Source: Felis catus
Taxonomy: Eukaryota
NCBI RefSeq assembly: GCF_018350175.1
Contig: NC_058382.1
Coordinates: 2,914,001-2,978,000, forward strand
Direction of reading: 5' to 3'
Length of the DNA: 64,000 nt
Notes under the pieces: generated by a model
The model's database searches: none
What the model was told of the DNA's origin: nothing
Seen by the model: only the letters and a program-made list of their open reading frames with translations
Position numbers and translations under genes: made by a program
Part shown: piece after piece, positions 49,631-61,020 of the stretch
Position numbering within the stretch: position 1 is the stretch's first letter
Layout: each line of letters opens with the position of its first letter

Positions 49631-50585
49631 TTAAAATCCATCCTCCTCGCCCAGCACCCACGATTTTTCTCCTGTTCTTACCCACTTCCAAGTCCCCAAG
49701 AACTCCACCTATCTCCCCTCAGCCCCGCCCACAGCGCAACACTCTTCTAGCAGTGCCCCCCAGAGGTTTTTAGGCTGCACCAAGCCCCCTGTGTTAGCCC
49801 AGCCCCTTCCTACTAAGCGCCCTTCGTCTCAGGCACTTCCCTTCCTCAGTCCTTATTTAGGTACCCCCTTCTGTCACCTGTGCCTGAATAACAGTCATGC
49901 CCCCCTCACAGCACCTTCTCTTCACAGTTACATCCCTTCTGTCCCAACACCTTGCTCTCCTGCAGTTCCCCCTTGAAACGTCTCCTCTCAGATAAACCCT
50001 ATTCATATGGCCTCTAAACCGTTTCCACCTTCTGCCTGCCAACCGTTAAACCAAGTCAAGCCCCACCCTTGTTCTCAACACCTGCCCCCTAAACCCCGCC
50101 CACAATGCTCATCAGCCTCACCCCTTAGCCCCAGCCCCGCCCCCTGTTTCCCTAGCCCCGCCCCCTCCTGGCCACACCTCTTAGCTACGTAAGCCTTACC
50201 AAAGTTGTCAATTCTGCTCACAACCCTCAACTCGGTTTTTCCTTAGTGTCAGGACAAAGTGATGGAGCAAAGTAGTGGGGGCAGAATTTCCAAGAATATG
50301 GCTGGGATGGGGGATGGGGACCTATATCACATTTGCACAGAGGTTCAATGTTTTACTTAGAGTGGATATTTACAGGGAGCATTTTGGGATCTGCTGGAGC
50401 TGGGAGAGGGGGCAAAGCCTTCCTCCAAGCCAGCCCATAGTGGCAAGCTAACAAGGCACATGACATGGGGTTCTCCCAAATTCGATGCACTCCTATCAGG
50501 GTGGCATAGCGACCAGAGGACATTTGAAGGGAGGGCCAGCCCTGGTACCATCACTGAATACACACAGGAAGCCAGTAGGCAGATA

Positions 50586-50591
50586 TTTATT
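50586..50591 (-). terminator. AATAAA poly(A) signal, probable ZNF524 3' end
   Basis: TTTATT on the plus strand about 210 nt past the stop. Confidence 0.65.
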
Positions 50592-50801
50592 TCCAAGGCC
50601 CCTGCCTCCAGGGGCCTGTCAGTCCGGGGGAGGGTGGCGGAAGGCAGCAGGACCCAGGAGTTTAGGTCCTCACCCTCAACCCCCTCCCACAACGGGAAGA
50701 CCACCAGGTATGAGGGCGTCCCAGCTTTCCTGCCCAGGCTCAGCACCAGCTGAACTCCCAGCTCTAAACCTGGCCTGGGGACAGGTGGCCCAGGGTGCGG
50801 G

Positions 50802-51484
50802 TCAAGCCAGCTCTTTGCCCTCCGGCTCCTCCACCCCCTCTTCAGCCCCTGCCGTAGCCGGAATGCCCTCGTCGTCCCACGGTGGTTCGGGCCCTGGGTC
50901 CGGGGAACACAGGGGTGCCCCCATGGCCTCGGGGTGCTTGCGTTTGGCATGGCGCCGGAGCGTGTTGGCCTCCGTGAAGCGCAGCCGGCAGACAGGGCAC
51001 TGGTAGGGGCGCTCCCCGGAGTGGACACGGTGGTGGTGGGCCAGCTCACCCGCCTCGCGGAAGCGACGAGGGCAGAGTGGGCAGCGGAAGGGCCGCAGGC
51101 CAGCATGGATGTTGCAGTGCCGCCGTAGGTGGCTGGACCGCTTGAAGGTCTTGCCGCAATCCTTGCACTCGTGCGGCTTCAGCTCTGAGTGCGAGATGCT
51201 GTGGCGTTCCAGGTCGGAGAGGTAGGGGAAGGCCCGCAGGCACACCGGGCAGAAGTGCGGGGCCTTCTTGGGGCCGGAGCCCTCAGGCAAACCAGCCGCT
51301 GACCCCTCAGAGACTGTATAGGGCACACCCTGATCATCGATCAACAGGAGGTCGCTGCCACCGCCGCTGCCCACAGGGGCTGTCACCCCCTGTGCCAGCG
51401 GGGGCTCCTGCCCTGACTTGGGGGGGCGGCCCCGCTTGCGAGGGAGGGCGGCCTTGAGCGTCCGATTCGAGGAGGTGGCCCCCC
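50802..51484 (-). CDS. ZNF524: Zinc finger protein 524 (AT-hook + 4 C2H2); start codon hidden in gap 51485-51640
   Basis: Frame reads [28 protein letters not shown]...[13 protein letters not shown]...KRKHPEAMG. The ORF-track start at 51386 is an internal GTG. Confidence 0.94.
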
Positions 51485-52849
51485 NNNNNNNNNNNNNNNN
51501 NNNNNNNNNNNNNNNNNNNNNNNNNNNNNNNNNNNNNNNNNNNNNNNNNNNNNNNNNNNNNNNNNNNNNNNNNNNNNNNNNNNNNNNNNNNNNNNNNNNN
51601 NNNNNNNNNNNNNNNNNNNNNNNNNNNNNNNNNNNNNNNNAGAGAGGGGGCAGCCGTCAGTGCAGGGAGGGTCTGAGTCATCCCTTGTCCCCCAACACCT
51701 CGCCCATCCCTTGGTCTGAGTCTCTCGACCTGGGCATGGCCAACATTCACCTGGACAGTTATAGCTACACTGGTAGGTAAAATAGCAAGATAATTCCAAC
51801 CATTTGGTAAAAAGACACTACCTTTAGCCACACAGGTGTCTCCTAAGCCTCCCTCACCCCCTTCCTAGAAGTTCAGAGTCATCTTGAATCAAAATAAAGG
51901 AAAATCTTCATAGGAGGATAGGATAGAGTCCAACTAAGGGTATGGGCCAGTATTGCGATCCTCAAAACAAAGAGCCCATCAAACCTGAGCCACGGAGGCC
52001 CAGAAATGTTTTGTCCCGCTTCTGTTTGGCAAAGTGGGAGGAGTGTGGGAGTTCAGGACTGGGAGAAGACAGGGACTGGTGGTCCCAGGTGATGTTTGGC
52101 CCCAAGTCGTGGGTGAAGAAATATATGGGAACTGTTAAGGCTCCCAACTCACAGGGTCTGGGTTCAACTCCTGAGTCTGTCACTCACTCTCTGTGTGGTC
52201 TGGGGCAATTATTTCTCTGAGCCTCCGTTAAGCCTTTTGCAAAATAGGACGAATAGGTCATCTTACTCGCACAGACATGGCATGAGGATAATACACATAA
52301 AGTGCTCAGTGCACAGAAGTGCCGAGAAGATATCAGCTAGGCACTCACTGACAGCTAAGCCCCACGCCAACTTTCTGAATAATGGTACATCACCCCCATT
52401 TTGCAGCTGGGGAAACAGAGGCACAGGAAAGCCTGGTCAGTTGCCCAAGCCCTCTCTGCAAACAAGAGCGGGATCAGGACTCGAACTAGATCTCCAGGAC
52501 CCCAAAGGCGCAGGGAGTGAGAAGAAATGCACCCAAGGAGACAAGGGGATACCATAGGGTTCCTTACACCTGGGTTAGATCCAGCTCTGCCATTAATTAA
52601 CAAATGACTTTGCTTCTCTGGGCCAGTTTCCACCTCTTGTAAAATGGCTATAGCAAGTTGTCAGTCGGTAATAGTAAGCACTCAGTAAACTACCGTCACC
52701 ACCATGACCTCCATCGACAGAGCATGGGACCATGAGACTAGGGTGTAATTAAAGCGAGAGTGAGGAAGGAAGAGGTGCAGTTAACAGCTGGGGCTGCAGG
52801 TGCCACTGGAACAGGCACATACACTGAAGGCCAGAGAGGGACCACCACT

Positions 52850-54450
52850 TTTCCACGATCACATGGTTCGCTCCGGTAGGAAGGCCTGGACTAGAACCGG
52901 GGTCTCCGGAACAGGGGCCTCGCCCCTTGCCCCTCTGCAACCCCCGTGCAGGCACGCGCCCGGCGGCCCGAGCGCGCGGGGCGGGCCCTGCGGGGGCGGT
53001 GGCCAATGAGCGGCGCGCGGGCCGCGGACGGCGAGGGCCTCCAGGAAGGGGGTCTGCGCGCGCGCGCCCGGGCCGACTCCGCGGGGCGCGAGGTCGGCGC
53101 GCGCGCTGCGGCGGGCTCGGGCGCAGAAGCAGGTGTGGGGGCGCGCTCCAGGAGCGCGCGGCCCCGGGCCTCCCCTCCCTCCGCTCCCCTCTCCCCGCCC
53201 GGACCCCCGCCTCTCGGGTACCTCATTTGCATGTCGCCTGGGCTCGCGAGTGTGCGCGCGCGGGGGCGACGGGGCCGGCGCGTGGGAAGGGGCGGGGGCC
53301 AGGGGGCCCTGCCCCTCGGCGGCGCGCTTGGGGACGGCCCCGCCCTCTCCCTCCCCCACTCCCTCTCAGTCGGGCCCGCGCCCGCGGGGAACAAAGAGGA
53401 CGCGCCGGGTCCTAAGGACCGGTCACGTCCTTGCAGCCAAAACGCGCCTGCGCGCCCGTCGCTTTCGCTGGCCCCGAGCGGGAAATAACCCCACCAACAC
53501 ATTCTGGACCACATAGAAATGTCTTTCCTCCCACAAAGTACCCAGCAGGGTGACCCAATCAAAGGCAGGTACCACAAGGATGAGGAGCGGGAAAATGGCT
53601 GTTTGTTCCCGTAATTAACATGGCGCCTGATAGGCTTCAAAGCCCCCTGGAGGGCTGACAACAACATGGGACCTGCTCTTTCCATCTAACTCTACCACAG
53701 TCGCCGAACTTTGATTTTTCTTTTCTCCTGACGCAAAGCTACATCCTACACAGGAGGAGTCTAAGGCTGTGAAAAAGGAATCACATCTGCCCTCATCAAC
53801 GTGAACTCCCACCAGCACAGACACCGAGGGCAGGAGGCCGCGGCGGGAGCCTGTTGCCCTCAGTCTGTATGGCGCCGGGAGTCCACCCCCCACCCCCGCT
53901 TAGCTCCGCCCCACTCTGCCCTCACCAAAGATGGCGCCACCCTGGCTTCCCCAACTTCCAGTGCTGGGGAAGGGACGGGAAACAGGGATAAGGGCGGGCG
54001 GTGGGGAGGGGGAAGCCAAGGGGGCGGGAGAAAGGAGTGTGGGGGAGCAGGGAGCCGAGGCGGAAGTCGAGGGGCCCCCGGGTGGAAGTGACGCTGCCCC
54101 CGCTGCCCAAAATGTCGGCGCCCAGAGGGAGGTGTAAGTAATTAAAGAGAAAAGCCGACTGACTTTCCCGGCCTCCTGGGGCCGCCCCAGGGCTCCAAAA
54201 CCCCCGCTCCGTGCGAGCGAGGTGGACTCGCCCGGCTGCGGGTCGCGCCTGACCTGCTTCCACCCCGGGCGCCCCGGGCCGCACCTCTTAGGGACAGGGG
54301 GGAGGGGCACAAAAGGCCGGTACTCAGGGCCTCGGTCCCAGAGCCGACCGGGGAGGGGGGGGCCAGTCCTGCAGGCGACTGGGTGGGAAGGAGGCGGGGC
54401 TTAGTGGCGACAGGGGCGGAGCAGCTGCGGGGAGGAGCTTCCAGAGGGGC
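52850..54450. promoter_or_regulatory. Bidirectional CpG promoter ZNF524 (-) / FIZ1 (+)
   Basis: CpG island between head-to-head genes. Candidate first donors at 53221 (-) and 54134 (+, GTAAGT); YY1 sites at about 53617 and 53928; ETS sites. Confidence 0.8.
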
Positions 54451-55701
54451 GTGGCTTAGAATGGAAATAGGCTGGGCTTAGTGGAAGAAACGGGACTTGG
54501 GTAGAAAATGGGTGGGGCTTAGCAATGGGTGGGGCTTGATAAGGGGCGTGGCCAGAGAGTGCTAGGAGGGTCCCAGGTTGAAGGGTGGAAGGGACTTACC
54601 TGGGCTGGGGGGGGGGGGGAGCGGGAATGGGACTCAGGGCACAGGTGGGCGGAGCTTAGAGTAGAAGGGGAGTAGTTTGTGCAGGAGGGGGCGCAGTGAG
54701 GTGATGGGATTTAGGCGTGTAATCAGTCTTAGTGGAAATAACAAGTCTTCATAACGTAAGTGCAATGATTTGGAGGGCTGGGAAGGGGCTCCCCCTGGAA
54801 GTCTGAGTGGAGGGTCTTGGAAAGGACGGGCCCCCCTACAGGCTAGGTGGAGACGACAACCTGTGTGGCGTTCTGGAGGCGCACCTTAGCGGAGAAGAGA
54901 TGGTAGGATTTCGAGAGCAATCTCAGAGGAACTTGGCGGGCGGTAGTAATCAGAACAGCTTGCCTGTTGAGCCTTTGCTGGGCCCCTGCCTGAGTCAGGG
55001 CGCGGCACGCACTGCCACAGTTTTGCTTACGCCTCACCTCCACTGCATGAGGTAGGTACCCCTGTTACTCCCACTGTGCAGATGGACAGACTTTCTGCAG
55101 ATGGACAGTTGGTTTCTTCAGAGGTTCCAGCACCATTCCTGGTCGCCCTGGAAGGTTGAACCAAGTGCACTTGGCCCCAAATCTTTGTCCCGCTCATTTG
55201 CTAGGAATGTGAATCTTTTCCCCGAAGATGACTTTCACTCTCGAAGAAGACTGGGAGGGACTTTCAGAGAGGAAGGGACTTGTCAGAGAATTCAAGAGGC
55301 AACGGGAACTTGAGGAGGAGTGGGTGGGACCTGATTGAGAGTGGCTGGGGGCTAACAGAGTGGGGGGGGCTTAGGGAGAAGGGGGGGGTCCAAGTAGAGA
55401 AGAGGCTTAAAAACACTCAGGAGTGTATTAGCCACTTGGCACTGATTAGGAAGATTGGCAGATGAGTGAGAGGAGGGTTTGTAGGAGAAGGGGAGGCTTA
55501 ACGGTGGGTGGTCGTGGCTTGGAGGTTGAGTGTAGCTTGGAGGGAAGTGGGAAGGGTTCCCAGGGGACAGATAGCGGGTCCTGAGTCCAAGGAGACTGAT
55601 AGGAGAGGGCTGATGGGGAGCTGACTGCTTCACCTGCCCTCCATGTCTCCCCTTGCTCCAGAGAGAGCCTCCACTCGCCACTGCCCTCCCACCACGCCAC
55701 C

Positions 55702-56016
55702 ATGGATGATGCCCCGCTGCCAGTGCCCCCGGTCCCCGCCCCGGCCCCGGCCCCAGCACCTCCCGCTGCTGCTGCTCCCCGGGTCCCATTTCACTGCAGT
55801 GAGTGTGGCAAGAGCTTCCGCTACCGCTCGGACCTTCGGCGCCACTTCGCCCGGCACACTGCACTCAAACCCCACGCGTGTCCGCGCTGTGGCAAGGGCT
55901 TCAAACACAGCTTCAACCTGGCCAACCACCTGCGTTCGCACACCGGCGAGCGGCCCTACCGCTGCTCTGCCTGCCCTAAAGGGTTCCGAGACTCCACCGG
56001 CCTGCTGCACCACCAG
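55702..56016 (+). CDS. FIZ1: FIZ1 first coding exon
   Basis: ACCATGG Kozak; MDDAP...RVPFHCSECGKSFRYRSDLRRH...GLLHHQ|gtgagt, phase 0. Confidence 0.96.
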
Positions 56017-56983
56017 GTGAGTCCCGCAGGCTGGGCTCAGGCTGGCCTCCCTGGGCTGGACACACCCTTGGAGCCACAGGGCCCCACTTTGGGCAGCAGA
56101 CAGCGCTGTGCTTTCTCATTTAGCTTTACCGTTCAACAGGCAGGCACTACCAATCAAAAGGACTGGACACTCAAAATCTGTCTCTAGTACTCCCAGACTT
56201 TTAAATAAACCACAAGGGCCACTATCAGTAAGGCACAGTCTTGTGTAACACACCGGCCACATTTCACGTGCTCAAAAGCCAGGTGTCGCTGGTGGCTGCC
56301 ATATTGGTCAGTGAAGATACACAACACCTCCATCAGTGCAGAAAGCTCTGTTGGACAGTTCTTGCTCTAGAAGGTTGGACATTTACCTTGAAAAACCACC
56401 TCCCATCCCAGGGGATTATGAAAGATCCTCTCCACCTCTTCCCGATATCCACCACCTTAGAGGACATCCATAGGAGGCTGGAACGTTTATCAATAATAAT
56501 TACAATTTCTAGGAATTGAGTAGCTGTTTAGTGATGATTTTATCCTATACTCACAACGACCCTGTGAGATGGCACATCTTGTGCCCATGTCACAGAGGAG
56601 AAAAGCAGAGCCTCAGAGATGATCTTACTTGTCTAGTTTTCACTGCAACTAGAAGGCAGAGGGGGGACTTGAACCCAGGTTTGTTAGTGCTCAGAGCCCT
56701 AGTACCTAGCCATTCTCCCAGGGAGTCCCAGTTTCCTAGGTGGGCTTGGTGAAAATGAGTAAGAGTTAGTCCGGACAAATGGGAGGAAGAGTTCTCCAGC
56801 CTAAGGGAACAGCACGTGCAAAGGTCCTGCGAGGGAAGGGGCAGAAAGAATCCCAACATGACCCAAATCAGAGAAGAAGAGGGAGAAGGTCGAAGCTAGG
56901 CAAGGCCAGCCGGGAGGGCAGGAATCTGCCCTGCAGCCTGGACCCTCTGCTCTGATGCCGCGCTCTCCCTCTCTCCCTCCCAG

Positions 56984-58171
56984 GTCGTCCACACTGGTGA
57001 GAAACCCTACTGCTGCCTGGTCTGCGAGCTGCGCTTCTCCTCACGCTCCAGCTTGGGCCGCCACCTCAAGCGCCAGCACCGTGGGGTGCTCCCGTCTCCA
57101 CTGCAGCCCGGCCCAGGCCTGCCCGCCCTGAGCGCGCCCTGCTCCGTGTGCTGCAACGTGGGCCCCTGCTCGGTGTGCGGGGGTGCGGGAGCTGCTGGCG
57201 GAGAGGGCCCAGAGGCGGCGGGCGCGGGCCCGGGCAGCTGGGGGCTGGCGGAGGCCGCGGCTGCGGCCGCCGCCTCACTGCCCCCGTTCGCCTGCGGAGC
57301 CTGTGCGCGGCNNNNNNNNNNNNNNNNNNNNNNNNNNNNNNNNNNNNNNNNNNNNNNNNNNNNNNNNNNNNNNNNNNNNNNNNNNNNNNNNNNNNNNNNN
57401 NNNNNNNNNNNNNNNNNNNNNNNNNNNNNNNNNNNNNNNNNNNNNNNNNNNNNNNNNNNNNNNNNNNNNNNNNNNNNNNNNNNNNNNNNNNNNNNNNNNG
57501 GCGGAGGCGGCGGTCCTGCGGAGGCAGGCAGCGCCCAGCCGGCCTGGGACGGCGGGCTGCTCCTGGGTCACGCCGGGGGCGGCGTGCCTGAGCTCCGGGG
57601 GCTGCTCCCCGAGGGTGGCGGGGAGGCCCCAGCGCCCGCGGCCGTGGCCGAGGCGCCGGAAGACACCCTGTACCAGTGCGACTGCGGGACCTTCTTCGCT
57701 TCAGCTGCCGCGCTGGCCAGCCACCTGGAGGCCCACTCGGGGCCCGCCACCTACGGCTGCGGCCACTGCGGGGCCCTGTACGCGGCCCTGGCGGCCCTAG
57801 AAGAGCACCGGCGGGCCAGCCACGGCGAGGGTGGAGGGGCGGAGGCGACGCCCGCGGCCCCGGAGGGGGAGCCGGCGGCCGGGGAGGCCGCGTCCGGCTC
57901 GGGCCGGGGCAAGAAGATCTTCGGCTGCTCCGAGTGCGAGAAGCTGTTCCGCTCGCCGCGCGACCTGGAGCGGCACGTGCTGGTGCACACGGGCGAGAAG
58001 CCGTTCCCGTGCCTCGAGTGCGGCAAGTTCTTCCGCCACGAGTGCTACCTCAAGCGCCACCGGCTGCTGCACGGCACCGAGCGGCCCTTTCCCTGCCACA
58101 TTTGCGGCAAGGGCTTCATCACGCTCAGCAACCTCTCTCGGCACCTGAAGCTGCACCGGGGCATGGACTGA
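56984..58171 (+). CDS. FIZ1: FIZ1 last coding exon (gap 57312-57499)
   Basis: cccag|VVHTGEKPYCCLVCELRF...SRHLKLHRGMD*; frame is preserved across the gap; total about 500 aa. Confidence 0.95.
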   Translation, partial: VVHTGEKPYCCLVCELRFSSRSSLGRHLKRQHRGVLPSPLQPGPGLPALSAPCSVCCNVGPCSVCGGAGAAGGEGPEAAGAGPGSWGLAEAAAAAAASLPPFACGACARXXXXXXXXXXXXXXXXXXXXXXXXXXXXXXXXXXXXXXXXXXXXXXXXXXXXXXXXXXXXXXXGGGGGPAEAGSAQPAWDGGLLLGHAGGGVPELRGLLPEGGGEAPAPAAVAEAPEDTLYQCDCGTFFASAAALASHLEAHSGPATYGCGHCGALYAALAALEEHRRASHGEGGGAEATPAAPEGEPAAGEAASGSGRGKKIFGCSECEKLFRSPRDLERHVLVHTGEKPFPCLECGKFFRHECYLKRHRLLHGTERPFPCHICGKGFITLSNLSRHLKLHRGMD

Positions 58172-59241
58172 CGGCCAGGCCGCGCCTCCGCCCGACCGCC
58201 CCTCCCAGGGGCGGGGCTGGACTTGGGCCCGGGCCCGGTCTGGATCCAGATCCACGGGCCCTGAAGCAAGGGGACCCTGGCTGGAGAGACAGGGCCACCA
58301 GACGCCCACACAGGGCCCTGAGCTGGAGGGCAGCAAATAAACGGAGAGATTCCTCAGCTCCGGGGTCCAGGGTCCATGAAGAGACCCCTGAGTGTGAGAC
58401 CCCTGGAATATACGCTGGGCACCCCCAAGTCAATAGGCAGCCTCCAAGCTCTGGGGACCTAGCAGTGAGAAATGGGTCTCCCAAGTACTTCTCATCTTGA
58501 GGGCCCTAATAATGACAGATGGGCACCTTCCCCCCCCCCCCCAAGGGAAGGCTGCCCCTCTCCCTGAGAGCCATCATTCCCAACGACCTTGATCTGGAGA
58601 ATGTGGGGAGATCATGACCCCAAATTTCCCTAGATCCCCTCCAAATGCTACCCACCAGTCACTGGTGTCCACCCCCCCCCCCCAAATGGATATAGCCGGA
58701 ATCTGCCTTCCCCCGCTCCCACCCCATTTCATTCCTTATGCTGAAAGAGGACCAGGGTAGATGTCCCCTGCCCTCAGCCCCCACTCCCCAATTAGGTCTC
58801 CCTCTCCTACTGCAGAATGGATCAACCCTAATGATCTTCCCCACCCCCAACCACTAGAATAGGCTGGTTTGAAATCCCTCCTGCCCAGTAGAATGAACTG
58901 ATTCAGATACACACCCCTGTCCACTGGAATGGGCTGGTCCAGACTGTGGCCTGCCCCCCCACCCTCCTTAGGTGAATACGGCAGACACTCCTCCCTCGCT
59001 CTCGAGTGTGGGCCAGTCCACGTCATTCCCCATCCTGTGAACTCATCTGAATGGGAGGTGGTGGACATTGGGGTTTTCCTCCCACTCTGCTGTAGCACCT
59101 GTCAGTCTTTCCATCTCTGTTGGTTTGTCTGTCTCTGTGTTCCCCTCAACCCCAAGGGGGAAGGGGGCTTGGCTAGGGGGTTCGCCCCTGTGAGCCTCGA
59201 CCTTGCCCCCTCATCCCACTCCCTAATGTCTCCAGGACCCC

Positions 59242-59247
59242 AATAAA
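59242..59247 (+). terminator. AATAAA poly(A) signal, probable main FIZ1 3' end
   Basis: Followed by T/GT-rich sequence; further AATAAA at 58336 and 59341. Confidence 0.6.
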
Positions 59248-59689
59248 CCTTGTCCTGTCAGTCACTGATGTCTCATTTTCTGATCCTTGGCTCCAGAGAG
59301 GTGGGAGTTTCTCCCTCCCTGGTTTAGGACAGGCCCCCTAAATAAAGATCTTTCCTCCCTCCCTCCTGACAAATTTTGAGTCGAGAGTGCACGACCATTA
59401 AAATCAGAAAGGGTTTAAGTCTCACCAAAAGCAACCCAGTCCCTTAAATACAAAATCCGTCTCCAATGGGCTAAACATGCCCTTTAGAAACCATCAATCC
59501 CATAAGACTTGCCCCCTAAAAACCAAACTATCTCCTTAAAGAAAAGTTCTACCCCTAAGCAGAGACCGTATCTCTTAGACTCCACCTCCAGGTGTCCAAA
59601 TTTGTACCTTGAACGCTTACATCCAATTCCTAGGATAGGATTCGCCCATCAGGGAAGGGGTCAGCCATTTGTATTGTCTTCTGTGCACT

Positions 59690-60281
59690 AGATTACATTC
59701 CTGTATACTGAGTGCCTATTCTGTGCCAGGCATTGTAATCCTCTCTGGGGATCCAACAGCAAAGAAAATAACTCCTCATGGGGTTTATATGTTTAGTGTG
59801 TGGGCGATAGGGTGGAGAAAAGAGTAATCAAAGAAAGGAGAGTAATTTCCAGATGGTTTTGAGCATCTGAAGGAGATGAGGAAAGGTGTTAAGAAAGTGA
59901 CTCTGCCATCCCAGTTCGGGTGTCCCGTGGGCTTCTCTACAGAGGTGGCATTTGATCTGGAACCTGAAGGGTGGCAAGAGACCAGCGAGGAGGATGCCTG
60001 GATGGGCGCGGAGGAGAGGGAGGAACTGAGGTCGAGGGGTCAGGTCATGCAGAGGCTGGTGGGCCCTCCAGGTAATCAAAAGCAAGATTTTAACGTGGAG
60101 GGATGGGATCACTCTTGCACTTTACAAAGTTCCCTCTGGCTGCTGAGGGGAGAAGGAACTGGAGGGGTACAGTGGAAGCAGAAGACTATAGCAGTCCAGC
60201 AGGAGAGATGGGGGGGGGGTGTGGCTAGACCTTAGTGGTGGAGGGAAATGGGTGGGTTCGAGATGAATTCTGTAAACAGAA

Positions 60282-60312
<31 letters not shown>

Positions 60313-60480
60313 AACTGAAAGGGAGGAATCAAGAGGGTCTGGTTGAGTGGTGGCATTTTGAATTAAGAACAGAAAAGGGGAAGAACACATTTGGGTAGGG
60401 GTTTAGGTGAATCAAGAATTCCATTTTGAGCTTCTTAAATATAAGATGCCTGGGAGATTGGCATGCTCTAATAAGGCTGA
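59690..60480 (-). mobile_element. LINE-2 fragment(s) with a (TG)n tract at about 60286-60312
   Basis: actgagtgcctattctgtgccaggc...gaggtggcatttgatctgg, L2-like. Confidence 0.6.
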
Positions 60481-60625
60481 AGATGTGCATATCTCGCGAT
60501 GCAGCAATCCCACTGCTAGCCACAAGCCCCAGAGAAATCCCTTCACCTGCACTGGCAGACACACAGAAAAACACTCCCAGCAGCACATAGGGTCAGCCTC
60601 AAACTCTGAACAACTGGAACATCAC

Positions 60626-61020
60626 TGTGAGGGTCTGAATGTTTGTGTCCCCATCAAAATTGATATGTTGAAATCCTAAAGCCCAGTGTGACAGTATTTG
60701 GAGATGGAGCTATTGGGAGGTGCTTAAATCACGAGGGTGGAGTCCTCATGCGTGGGATTAGTGACCACATTCCAAAGGCTCCAGAGTGATCCCTAGTCCT
60801 CTCCACCATGTGAGGACGCAGCAAGAAGGCAGTGGCCATGAGGGCCTAGAAGAGGGCCTNNNNNNNNNNNNNNNNNNNNNNNNNNNNNNNNNNNNNNNNN
60901 NNNNNNNNNNNNNNNNNNNNNNNNNNNNNNNNNNNNNNNNNNNNNNNNNNNNNNNNNNNNNNNNNNNNNNNNNNNNNNNNNNNNNNNNNNNNNNNNNNNA
61001 ACAGTATAGCAGATCACTAA
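60626..61020 (+). mobile_element. MLT1A-like MaLR LTR (spanning a gap) within L1M remnants
   Basis: tgtgagggtctgaatgtttgtgtcccc...atatgttgaaatcctaa...gagggtggagtcctcatg. Confidence 0.75.
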
